Below, in pieces: positions 8,707 to 16,775 of a stretch of DNA of 56,158 nt (positions within the stretch are counted from its first letter, which is position 1; each line of letters begins with the position of its first letter). The notes under the pieces are model-generated. The model was not told where the DNA came from and did not search any database. It worked only from the letters and a program-made list of their open reading frames with translations. Source of the stretch: Candidatus Angelobacter sp. GTDB lineage: Bacteria; Acidobacteriota; Terriglobia; Terriglobales; Acidobacteriaceae. The translations under genes and the position numbers were made by a program. The stretch covers positions 1-56,158 of the forward strand of contig DASUBD010000190.1 in assembly GCA_035763445.1 (NCBI GenBank). Reading direction: 5' to 3'.

Positions 8707-9351
8707 CTAGGCTGTTTTCCTGATCTTTGGTGATACAGGCTCGCCCTCTTCGCCGATTTCGTGTACCAGCGGCATATCTACCAGGTGCTCGCTTAAAAAC
8801 CAGACTTGCATTTCATTGGTGCGCAGCACCTCACTCACCACAAGATCATTGGTGACTTCGTCGCCAAGCTCGGAGGCACGGCGAGCGAGTTTGCGGGACT
8901 CGCGGACGATGATCTGGTGGGCGTCAAGCAGCCGGGAAAGTTGCGCAGGAACTTCCTCGCGACCGCGCGGAGGCCGCTCGATCTGAGTTTCCTCTGCCAC
9001 ATCAGCCGCCATAGCAAGGCTGATGCCGCCAAGGGTTTGAATGCGCTCCGCAATGCCGTCCACCAATTCCATCTGCTCATCGAAATGTTTATCAAACAAT
9101 AAGTGCAGTTGATAGAAGCTGGGTCCTGCTACTTGCCAATGACACTTCTTGTAGAGATCGCGAATCGTGATTGTGTCAGCCAGCAGCTGGTTGAGTTGCT
9201 CGGTCATTTCCAACCGGACTGGTTCCTCCAGTTCCAGTGGCATGTTCAAGTTCACCGTCCCGTATTGTTGGATTTCTGCTGCACGTTGATGCAGGCGAGG
9301 CTGAGCGCTGATTTTCTCAGAACGCCCTGAGTTCCTGTTGGACTTCATCAT
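8707..9351 (-). CDS. dps: Dps-family DNA-protection/ferritin-like protein
   Basis: LNQLLADTITIRDLYKKCHWQVAGPSFYQLHLLFDKHFDEQMELVDGIAERI carries the HW-x-G-x-F-x-LH-x-FD signature. GGAGG lies upstream of the ATG at 9351. Confidence 0.9.
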   Translation of the reverse strand: MMKSNRNSGRSEKISAQPRLHQRAAEIQQYGTVNLNMPLELEEPVRLEMTEQLNQLLADTITIRDLYKKCHWQVAGPSFYQLHLLFDKHFDEQMELVDGIAERIQTLGGISLAMAADVAEETQIERPPRGREEVPAQLSRLLDAHQIIVRESRKLARRASELGDEVTNDLVVSEVLRTNEMQVWFLSEHLVDMPLVHEIGEEGEPVSPKIRKTA

Positions 9352-9554
9352 GGGACCTCCTTTTTCTGGCAGTGTGATGCCTGGCTTGAAATTTGAGCAG
9401 CTAATACAGACAGGATCGTTCGACTCAGGATCTCCGGCGACGTGAATCGGTCAGACAAGCGCTCGGGAATATTGCGTGCGCTATACCCTAGACAGGGCAT
9501 CCTAGTAGAGGTCAACCCTCCGTCCCCGTATACCCACCCGAAGGAGGAGAGATC

Positions 9555-10133
9555 ATGGCCACCACTCGAGTTCCGCTTCATTTCGAACATCTCGGACGTA
9601 GATGGGGATGGTTCCTCACTCTCGGAATCCTCCTAATCGTGCTCGGGATTCTTGCGCTGATATTTACGCCGGCAGCAACGCTTGCCAGTGTGCTTATTCT
9701 CGGTTGGGTGATGTTTTTCAGCGGCATTGTGGAAGCCGTGCACGCATTCCACGCGCGCGGATGGGGTGGCGTACTGCTCCACGTTGCCGGCGCCGCACTC
9801 GGCATTCTGGTTGGGCTCCTGGTAGTAACAGATCCATTGGCCGGGGCGCTCGCCTTCACACTGCTGTTTGCCTGCTTCTTTACTGTCATTGGGCTGTTCC
9901 GTCTCATTGCCGCCATTTCGCTTCGATATCGCAGTTGGGGTTGGGCCGTCTTCGATGGCCTGGTGACACTCGGGCTTGGTGTGGTGCTCTGGGCTGGAAT
10001 GCCTTGGTCGGGGTTATGGTTCCTCGGGCTCGCACTCGGAATTGCACTTCTGTTGCGAGGCTGGTCCGACATAATGTTTGCCTTTGCGGTTCGCTCGATA
10101 GGCCATATCGTAGCGTTGCGCCCTGCCGCGTGA
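9555..10133 (+). CDS. hdeD: HdeD-family (DUF308) membrane protein
   Basis: WGWFLTLGILLIVLGILALIFTPAATLASVLILGWVMFFSGIVEAVHAF, together with repeated GxxxG-rich TM pairs, is typical of HdeD. AGGAGGAG lies upstream of the start. Confidence 0.85.
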   Translation: MATTRVPLHFEHLGRRWGWFLTLGILLIVLGILALIFTPAATLASVLILGWVMFFSGIVEAVHAFHARGWGGVLLHVAGAALGILVGLLVVTDPLAGALAFTLLFACFFTVIGLFRLIAAISLRYRSWGWAVFDGLVTLGLGVVLWAGMPWSGLWFLGLALGIALLLRGWSDIMFAFAVRSIGHIVALRPAA

Positions 10134-10726
10134 ACCAGCCTTGCACTGGGGAGTCAAGCCGCGGCGGAGCCCCTGTTTTGGCGGCTCATGTTTGGGGGGC
10201 TGTAACAAGGGGCGCACGAACAACGGCCTTACAACTAACTGTTTTACCTGAAAAAGGAGCGTCCCTCGGGCAGACACAACCAAGAGTGGTCAGGATCAAA
10301 GAGGATGAGCTTTACTTCAGTAGCGCGGCGCCCATCCATTCACAAGGCGAGCTGGTCAATTCCCACCTGCACTCACTGGAACCAGGCAAGCACACTGGTA
10401 GCCTCGTTGAGGGTTAAGGACGAACATGAGGCAATGAAGCCAGTGGAGCGGATACGAACGCTTCAGCATATCACGCACCGCTCGATCATAAATGGGACTA
10501 AGAAAAAAGAGAGCTACCGTCGGATCAAAGTCCTGGAGTATCGCGCCGCGGCGCAAGGGATCGGGGGACGATGCCAACGCTGAGTTGACCTTCCTTGATT
10601 CGGTTTAATGCAGGGTGGCCGAGTACCTAAGCAATGTCACAAAAGCAAATTGAAGCCTGATCCGGGCATCTGAAGTGACTGTAAGAAGCGGAGACATCAT
10701 TGGGTCTGCCCGCGGAGGTAAGGACA

Positions 10727-11215
10727 ATGGCAGTTAACAAACCTCACCAAAGAGCCGGTAGCTCACGATCACGACCAGCAACCGAGGCTGTCAAAAGGCC
10801 ACCCTGGGTTGACGACGAATCTGATTTTATTCCGTATCCCACCAATAAGGTAGTCGGGGTTATAGATGACGTGAAGGACGCCCAAGCTGCTGTGCGTGAT
10901 TTGCAGAAGGCGGGATTTTCGGCAGGAAAAATAAGGGTGCTCACCGGCAAGAAAGGAGCCCGCCGCATCAATGCGCGCGGCGACCAACACGGTCTATTCG
11001 CGCGTATGTTGCGCGCAACCCAGAAGATCCTCGGTGACTACGAAATCCCACATGCGACGCGGCATGAAAGAGAGATGCTGGCAGGCCACTTCGGGATCGG
11101 GGTATCCGTCCGCGATAAGCACGATCGTAACAAGGCGCTAAAAATCTTGAAATCGCATCGCGGGCACTTCATCAACTTCTATGGCCCATTGACAATGGAA
11201 ATACTCAGGCCATGA
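10727..11215 (+). CDS. hypothetical protein
   Basis: A clean ORF with GGAGG 9 nt upstream of the ATG at 10727. I recognise no motif. Confidence 0.55.
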   Translation: MAVNKPHQRAGSSRSRPATEAVKRPPWVDDESDFIPYPTNKVVGVIDDVKDAQAAVRDLQKAGFSAGKIRVLTGKKGARRINARGDQHGLFARMLRATQKILGDYEIPHATRHEREMLAGHFGIGVSVRDKHDRNKALKILKSHRGHFINFYGPLTMEILRP

Positions 11216-11339
11216 TCTCCAAAAAAGCGCAACGCTGTGTCGCGCAGGTGGTTCAAGCATTTCGTTGGACATCGTCAGATCTTTCCGCGTCCTAGTGGCA
11301 CGGTGACGTGATCAGCTCGGCACCGCACGTCTAGCCAGC

Positions 11340-13457
11340 GTGCATTCACAGCTAGCGGATATCATGCACGATAGTCACGAACACCAGCGGCATGAGGCAC
11401 ATGGCAAGGCCGTGGAAGAGGCGCGAGCCGCGCTCTATCCCGAACACCCCGACGCTGGTGGAACTCGCCGCCCCCGCGAACACGTGTCCCACGATAAACA
11501 CGCGGGTCACAGCATCGCCATGTTTCGACGCAAGTTCTGGGTTTCCCTCGCGCTTACCATTCCGACGCTCGTATGGGGACACATGTTGCAGCGCGCGATC
11601 GGGTACGCGGCCCCGCATTTCGGCGCTACGTGGATTCCGCCGGTATTCGGAACCGCAGTTTTCGCGTACGGCGGCTGGGTTTTCATTCAGGGGGCCATTC
11701 GCGAATTGCGTGATCGCCTGCCGGGAATGATGACGCTTATTGCCCTGGCGATCTCGGTTGCTTTTGTGTTCAGCGCTGCGGTCACGCTCGGCTATCCGGG
11801 GATGCCGCTGTGGGAAGAGCTCTCCACGCTAGTCACCATTATGCTGCTCGGCCACTGGATTGAGATGCGGTCGATTGCGCAGGCTCAAGGCGCACTTAAT
11901 GAGCTCGCGAAGCTGCTTCCTGATATTGCGGTACGGATCATCGGAGAGCGAATGGAAGAGGTTCGTATTTCTGACTTGCAGGAGGGTGATATCGTTCTGG
12001 TTCGTCCAGGAGCGAGTGTTCCGGCTGACGGCTTAGTGCGCCAGGGCGAGAGCGAAGTCAACGAGGCGATGATCACTGGCGAATCACGGCCGGTGAAGAA
12101 GGGGGTTGGCACTAAAGTCATCGCGGGTACGGTGAACGGCTCAGGTTCGCTGCGCGTGGAAGTCAGCGGTACCGGTGAGCACACTGCACTAGCGGGAATT
12201 ATGAGATTGGTCGCACAGGCGCAGTCCTCGCGGTCACGGGCGCAAGCCCTCGCAGACCGCGCCGCATTTGTACTCACGCTTGTCGCCCTCGGGGCCGGGA
12301 CTCTGACGTTACTTGTTTGGCTCTCGCTGAATGCAAGTGGAGCTTTTGCCGTCGAACGGCTCGTGAGCGTGCTCGTCATCGCGTGCCCGCATGCGTTAGG
12401 ACTTGCGATCCCACTTGTCATCGCAATTTCCACGACGGTGGCGGCACATAGCGGTCTCCTCATAAGAGACAGGCGAGGTCTTGAAAATGCGCGTTTGATC
12501 AACGCGGTTGTGTTCGACAAGACGGGAACGCTTACCCGAGGCGAGTTTGGAGTTGTAAACCTCGCAACCGGAGACAGCCTCACCCCTGACGATGCACTGG
12601 CCCTGGCCGCAGCCGTCGAGCGCGATTCAGAGCACACGATTGCCAAAGGGATTGTCAGAACCGCCGAGGAACGAAAATTAACGATTCCTTCAGCGCATGC
12701 GTTCGAAGCCATTCCTGGCAAGGGGGTCAGAGCAGCGATCGATGGGCGCACGCTTTATATGGGCGGGCCGGCGTTGCTCCGGAGCCTGGACGTGCGAGTT
12801 CCTGAGCGATTGCGACAGGCAGCAACTGAAGCAGGTAATCGGGGGAACGCTTCCATATACCTGGTCGAACAGAATACAGCAATTGCTATGTTTGCTGTTG
12901 CGGATGTAGTGCGGCCGGAATCACAAGAAGCCGTGTGGCTTCTGCACGATCGGGGTGTGCAAGTGGTCATGATGACCGGTGACGCGCGGGTCGTGGCGGA
13001 TTCGGTGGCCGCTGATCTCAATATTGACCTCGTCTTTTCAGAAGTGTTGCCCGAGCAGAAGGCGAGCAAGATACAACAGCTGAAGCATGCAAGTAAGCGC
13101 GTTGCCATGGTGGGGGACGGGGTCAATGATGCTCCGGCGCTCGTTACCGCCGATATTGGCATTGCAATCGGAGCCGGTACTGACGTGGCAGTTGAAGCCG
13201 GAGACATTGTGCTCGTCCGCAACGATCCCCGCGACGTGCCACGAATTCTCGATCTATCGACAGCAAGTTATCGCAAGATGATCCAGAACCTGGTTTGGGC
13301 GACCGGTTACAACGTAATCGCCATTCCGCTGGCAGCCGGCGTGTTGGCGCATTGGGGGGTCGTTTTGTCTCCGGCTATCGGCGCCGTGCTGATGTCGCTC
13401 AGCACTGTGATCGTCGCGCTGAACGCCCAACTGTTGCGGCGCGTGCAACGGGGGTAG
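11340..13457 (+). CDS. copB: heavy-metal (copper) translocating P1B-type ATPase, CopB-like
   Basis: Motifs present: TGES, CPH in the TM helix (VIACPHALGLAIPLV), DKTGTLT and GDGVNDAPAL. The N-terminus is His-rich (HDSHEHQRHEAHGK...HVSHDKHAGH), and there is no CxxC HMA domain. The alternative start is ATG at 11364. Confidence 0.9.
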   Translation: MHSQLADIMHDSHEHQRHEAHGKAVEEARAALYPEHPDAGGTRRPREHVSHDKHAGHSIAMFRRKFWVSLALTIPTLVWGHMLQRAIGYAAPHFGATWIPPVFGTAVFAYGGWVFIQGAIRELRDRLPGMMTLIALAISVAFVFSAAVTLGYPGMPLWEELSTLVTIMLLGHWIEMRSIAQAQGALNELAKLLPDIAVRIIGERMEEVRISDLQEGDIVLVRPGASVPADGLVRQGESEVNEAMITGESRPVKKGVGTKVIAGTVNGSGSLRVEVSGTGEHTALAGIMRLVAQAQSSRSRAQALADRAAFVLTLVALGAGTLTLLVWLSLNASGAFAVERLVSVLVIACPHALGLAIPLVIAISTTVAAHSGLLIRDRRGLENARLINAVVFDKTGTLTRGEFGVVNLATGDSLTPDDALALAAAVERDSEHTIAKGIVRTAEERKLTIPSAHAFEAIPGKGVRAAIDGRTLYMGGPALLRSLDVRVPERLRQAATEAGNRGNASIYLVEQNTAIAMFAVADVVRPESQEAVWLLHDRGVQVVMMTGDARVVADSVAADLNIDLVFSEVLPEQKASKIQQLKHASKRVAMVGDGVNDAPALVTADIGIAIGAGTDVAVEAGDIVLVRNDPRDVPRILDLSTASYRKMIQNLVWATGYNVIAIPLAAGVLAHWGVVLSPAIGAVLMSLSTVIVALNAQLLRRVQRG

Positions 13458-13511
13458 TCTGGTAGGCAGGATTGTAACGAAGCATAACGCGGCATCGCCC
13501 ATAGTCACGAG

Positions 13512-13784
13512 ATGCAGACGACACATTCCACTCCGACCAGTCATACCCAGGAACTCAGCTCGCGGCAGTCCGCGCGTGCACTTGCTGAGCAGGCGTTTTC
13601 GCGCGCAGCGCGTCTGATTCTGTTCGCGGGAATTCTGCTTTTGGGAATTACAGCTTTTCTGTTCTGTTTTCCCCGAGTCGCAGGCTATGGATTAGCGGCA
13701 ATTGTCGGCTGGATCGGAATCGCTTTGGTGCACCGTGGTTGGAAAGTCCATCGCAAGCGCAATCGCGATATGAACTCCCGCTAG
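13512..13784 (+). CDS. small membrane protein
   Basis: The 90-aa ORF has two hydrophobic helices (LILFAGILLLGITAFLFCF, GLAAIVGWIGIALV). It lies directly downstream of the ATPase. Confidence 0.4.
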   Translation: MQTTHSTPTSHTQELSSRQSARALAEQAFSRAARLILFAGILLLGITAFLFCFPRVAGYGLAAIVGWIGIALVHRGWKVHRKRNRDMNSR

Positions 13785-14240
13785 CCGGCGATTTGCAAGC
13801 CGTTTTGATGAGCGATTCTTGCAGGGACAACATCAGCATAGGTTCAGTCACTTCTCCAGATTCTGACTTACCTGACGGGTCTCGTGTCGAAAACCACTGG
13901 CGTAAATCCGTCTTGCGGTCACTGCTTGCAATTCCACTTGCGGCCGGAACTCTGGCAGCAGAAGGAGTCGTCCTCACCCGCTATCAGCGCAATCTTAATA
14001 TGGCTTAGACGGTTATAGTCGTCATCCAACGCTCAACTCGTTCGACGCGCAAACGAGAGTGGATGGAGCGCCTTAATTCCTACGCGGCTGAACAAATTCT
14101 CATTCTTGCTTCGATAAGAGATTTCCACAGGATTATTCCATCGGATGTGAATTGGCTTGTTTTATCCAGCGCTAAGATGGCGATGGAGCGGATGCTCGTG
14201 CTGATCCCTTTCCGACCTGGGATCTGGTTGAGGTTGGGCC

Positions 14241-14648
14241 ATGGCGCTTGTTCTCTGCACGGGGATTGACTTCGCGCTGACCGAAACGCGAAAGCTTATT
14301 CTTGAGAAGGCTGGGCATACGGTTATAACTGCCATGGATGAAAAGGAAATGGTGGCCGCATGCAGGGCAAACGCATTCGACATTGCCGTGATTGGCCAGA
14401 TCGAATCCTCCAATATCAAGCGCCACTTCTTTGACATGCTTCGCTATAACTGTTGGTCAGCCCAGATTTTGGAATTGTTCACCGCGGATGCGGGTCCGGT
14501 TCTGGCAGAAGCCGATTCCTGGCTGGAAGTCCCGGCCAATTCGCCAAATGATCTCGCGAATAAGGTTGTTGAACTCGCAAACAGAAAAGGAAAGAAAGTA
14601 CCTGATCGAGGTCGACCCCTGCTACGGTTCAAAAGAAAAAGCTTGTAG
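14241..14648 (+). CDS. receiver-like (pseudo-response-regulator) protein
   Basis: ALVLCTGIDFALTETRKLILEKAGHTVITAMDEKEMVAACRANAFDIAVIGQ has the beta-alpha periodicity of a REC domain. It lacks an obvious acidic pocket or phospho-acceptor Asp. Confidence 0.4.
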   Translation: MALVLCTGIDFALTETRKLILEKAGHTVITAMDEKEMVAACRANAFDIAVIGQIESSNIKRHFFDMLRYNCWSAQILELFTADAGPVLAEADSWLEVPANSPNDLANKVVELANRKGKKVPDRGRPLLRFKRKSL

Positions 14649-14750
14649 TGGACGTTGTCGCGACACAACATAAACGGGACCCACGTTCGGGTGATCCCTA
14701 GCGCCGGAGTTTTGTCGAGAGTGGATGACGAAATCATGCCAGCCCTCAAT

Positions 14751-15045
14751 TGAGATGCCAGTTCCTCCTTGCCGAGTCCGTCTATGCCTCTGTTCGATTG
14801 CGTGTACCAGTGGCATCTTCACCAGACGCTCGCCTAAAAGCAGATTTGCATTTTCATTAGTGCGTAGCAGATCACTGGCTACGTCGTTTGCTGACCTCCT
14901 CCCCAACTTTGGAGGCAAGGGGGCGAGTTTTGCGACACTGGCGGACTATGATCAGGTGGGCTTCAACGAGCAGCGAGGTCTGCTGCCCTAGCACGGCTCA
15001 TGCCGCCAAGAGTTTGAATGCGTTCCGCAATGCCGCCCTGCAGGC
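14751..15045 (-). pseudogene. dps: decayed second copy of dps (C-terminal half, internal deletion, in-frame stops)
   Basis: DNA similarity to 8741-9070 is clear in two segments: gtgtaccagtggcat...tttgcatttcatt, and atgccgccaagagtttgaatgcgttccgcaatgcc versus atgccgccaagggtttgaatgcgctccgcaatgcc. The peptide LLRTNENANLLLGERLVKMPLVHAIE matches VLRTNEMQVWFLSEHLVDMPLVHEIG. The N-terminal half is missing. Confidence 0.6.
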
Positions 15046-15116
15046 CTCGCTCCTTTAGCGTCAAGGCATCTCAGTACAAGTCAACGAGTCTGCTCACCTA
15101 CAAAGAAGGAGAGATC

Positions 15117-15212
15117 ATGGCTACCGCTCGACTTCCACATCACTTCGAAAGCTCAGGGCACAAATGGGGCTGCTTCGGACTGGTTGCAGCCCGTGCGCGC
15201 TGTTGCGCTTAA
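15117..15212 (+). pseudogene. hdeD: 31-codon remnant of a second hdeD copy
   Basis: aaggagagatcatggctaccgctcgacttcc parallels aggaggagagatcatggccaccactcgagttcc at 9540-9575. The peptide MATARLPHHFESSGHKWGCFG matches MATTRVPLHFEHLGRRWGWFL, then the remnant stops. Confidence 0.55.
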
Positions 15213-15224
15213 CGCGGAGAGGTC

Positions 15225-15677
15225 ATGACGGGATGGGACGAATTTCCACGAATACTGTTAAGCCTCGCGATTGCATTTGTACTGGGGTTGCCCATTGGAT
15301 GGGAGCGCGGGAATCCAGCCAGGCCAGGGCTTCGCACCTACCCCCTGCTGGCCATGGGCGCCTGCGCGTATCTTGAAATCGGCCAGTTTGCGTTCCACAA
15401 TAATGCCGACGCACAGGCGCGTGTGTTTCAAGGCCTGGTGAGCGGGATCGGATTTATCGGCGCGGGCGCGATCATAAAGGGGCGCGTCAAGGTACATGGG
15501 CTCGCGACGGCAGTCAGCCTCTGGGTGACCGTCGCCATCGGGATTGCGGCCTCGTACCAGCTTTTCGCGCTCGGTATAGTGCTTTCGGGCACGACCCTCT
15601 TGGTTCTATTGCTGCTTGATCCTAAAAGGCTCCATCCGGAGCAAGCCGACACGGTCGACCACGAGAAGTCCGGCTGA
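15225..15677 (+). CDS. mgtC: MgtC/SapB-family membrane protein
   Basis: LSLAIAFVLGLPIGWERGNPARPGLRTYPLLAMGA and GIGFIGAGAIIK match MgtC N-domain signatures. Confidence 0.85.
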   Translation: MTGWDEFPRILLSLAIAFVLGLPIGWERGNPARPGLRTYPLLAMGACAYLEIGQFAFHNNADAQARVFQGLVSGIGFIGAGAIIKGRVKVHGLATAVSLWVTVAIGIAASYQLFALGIVLSGTTLLVLLLLDPKRLHPEQADTVDHEKSG

Positions 15678-15820
15678 TGCGCTCGCCGCGTCTCTCTAGC
15701 GCCTGAGATGCACGATTGGCTGCGTCCCAACTCTGTCAGTTTCGTGACCATCGTTCTATGGAAGCTGGGCGGACTCTCGAATCGCGCCACATGTTACGAC
15801 CACATCGATTGATCCAGCTT

Positions 15821-16756
15821 CTACGCCGCCCTGGATGGGCGCTCTTCCACCCCGGATGTTGCTCGTACCGGGGTGACTTCTGGAGTGGGAACTCCGACGT
15901 GCGGCGTTCGCCTGCTCAGGCGCCACGCGATTGCGAAGAGCAGGAGCAGGCCGACCAGAACGGAAGCTGTGACCATCACCAGAATGTCCGGATCATTGAA
16001 GTCTCTGGACGCGATCACCATGGCCCCCGCAACATTTCGCTGTGCCGTTCCGAACCCGAGCACGGCGCTGCGTTCAGGGCGGCTGAGCAGAAATCCCATG
16101 GCAAAGGCCCCCGCGATGAGCACGACCCCAGCCAGTACCGCACCGCCCCTCACGATCCTGATCAGGTCCTGAAAATTGGCGCCGAAGGTGGAGACAACCA
16201 CCACCACGAGCGCGATAGTCGCCACCTTGCCGCCGATCGGGGCGAGCCGCGCGGCCCAGCCCGGGGCGAGCGCTTTCACTAGGAGTCCCAGCGCGATGGG
16301 TAGGATCAAGGTGGAGAGGAGCGGCAGGCCGATGGCGAAAATGCTGGAGGGGGCGTAAGACAGGCTGCGCAGAGAAGGATGGGCCATAGCCAATGGCACG
16401 TAGAACGGAAGGAAGAAGACCGTCACTGGGACCAGGAGCAACAGGAGAGCCGCGCTGAGAGCGAGGTCCCTTCTCGCGGCACTCGCCAGCTTTATGAGGA
16501 ACGGCGCTCCAGCCGACCCTGCGAGCAGAAAGAGCCCGAGCGCCACCGGCGGCTCCAGCGGGATCATCCGCTCGATTCCGACGGCCAGCAGGGGAACGAG
16601 GACAAAGTTCGCGACCAAGGCACGGAACACGGCGCGAGCCTCTCGCAGGGGACCGATGATCAGACCGATACGGTAAGCGAGTCCGATGGACAGCATGCTG
16701 CTCACGGCAAAGATGGTGATGGCGATACTGGCCGCTTGTGCGAGGGCTGCTCTCAT
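15821..16756 (-). CDS. bile acid:sodium symporter (BASS/SBF-like) family transporter
   Basis: The 311-aa polytopic membrane protein has a FRALVANFVLVPLLAVG...GLFLLAGSAGAPF pattern typical of SBF-like transporters. Confidence 0.8.
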   Translation of the reverse strand: MRAALAQAASIAITIFAVSSMLSIGLAYRIGLIIGPLREARAVFRALVANFVLVPLLAVGIERMIPLEPPVALGLFLLAGSAGAPFLIKLASAARRDLALSAALLLLLVPVTVFFLPFYVPLAMAHPSLRSLSYAPSSIFAIGLPLLSTLILPIALGLLVKALAPGWAARLAPIGGKVATIALVVVVVSTFGANFQDLIRIVRGGAVLAGVVLIAGAFAMGFLLSRPERSAVLGFGTAQRNVAGAMVIASRDFNDPDILVMVTASVLVGLLLLFAIAWRLSRRTPHVGVPTPEVTPVRATSGVEERPSRAA

Positions 16757-16775
16757 CCAATCTGCCCTGAACCAC

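Noticed and set aside
9602-10417. 271-aa plus-strand ORF overlapping hdeD
   Set aside because: It is an alternative frame of the hdeD region. The translation is Arg/Cys/Gly-rich with no motif, whereas the hdeD frame gives a clean DUF308 membrane protein.
11885-12751. 288-aa minus-strand ORF
   Set aside because: It is antisense to the P-type ATPase. The translation is Ser/Ala/Arg-rich and low-complexity, so it is a shadow ORF.
13739-14008. 89-aa plus-strand ORF downstream of the small membrane protein gene
   Set aside because: It has a non-ATG start, overlaps the preceding ORF, and has only a weak C-terminal hydrophobic stretch. The support is insufficient.
15716-16775. Several 100-230-aa ORFs on both strands across the BASS transporter gene
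   Set aside because: They are out-of-frame or antisense shadows (Arg/Pro/Gly-rich). Only the 311-aa frame gives a coherent polytopic membrane protein.
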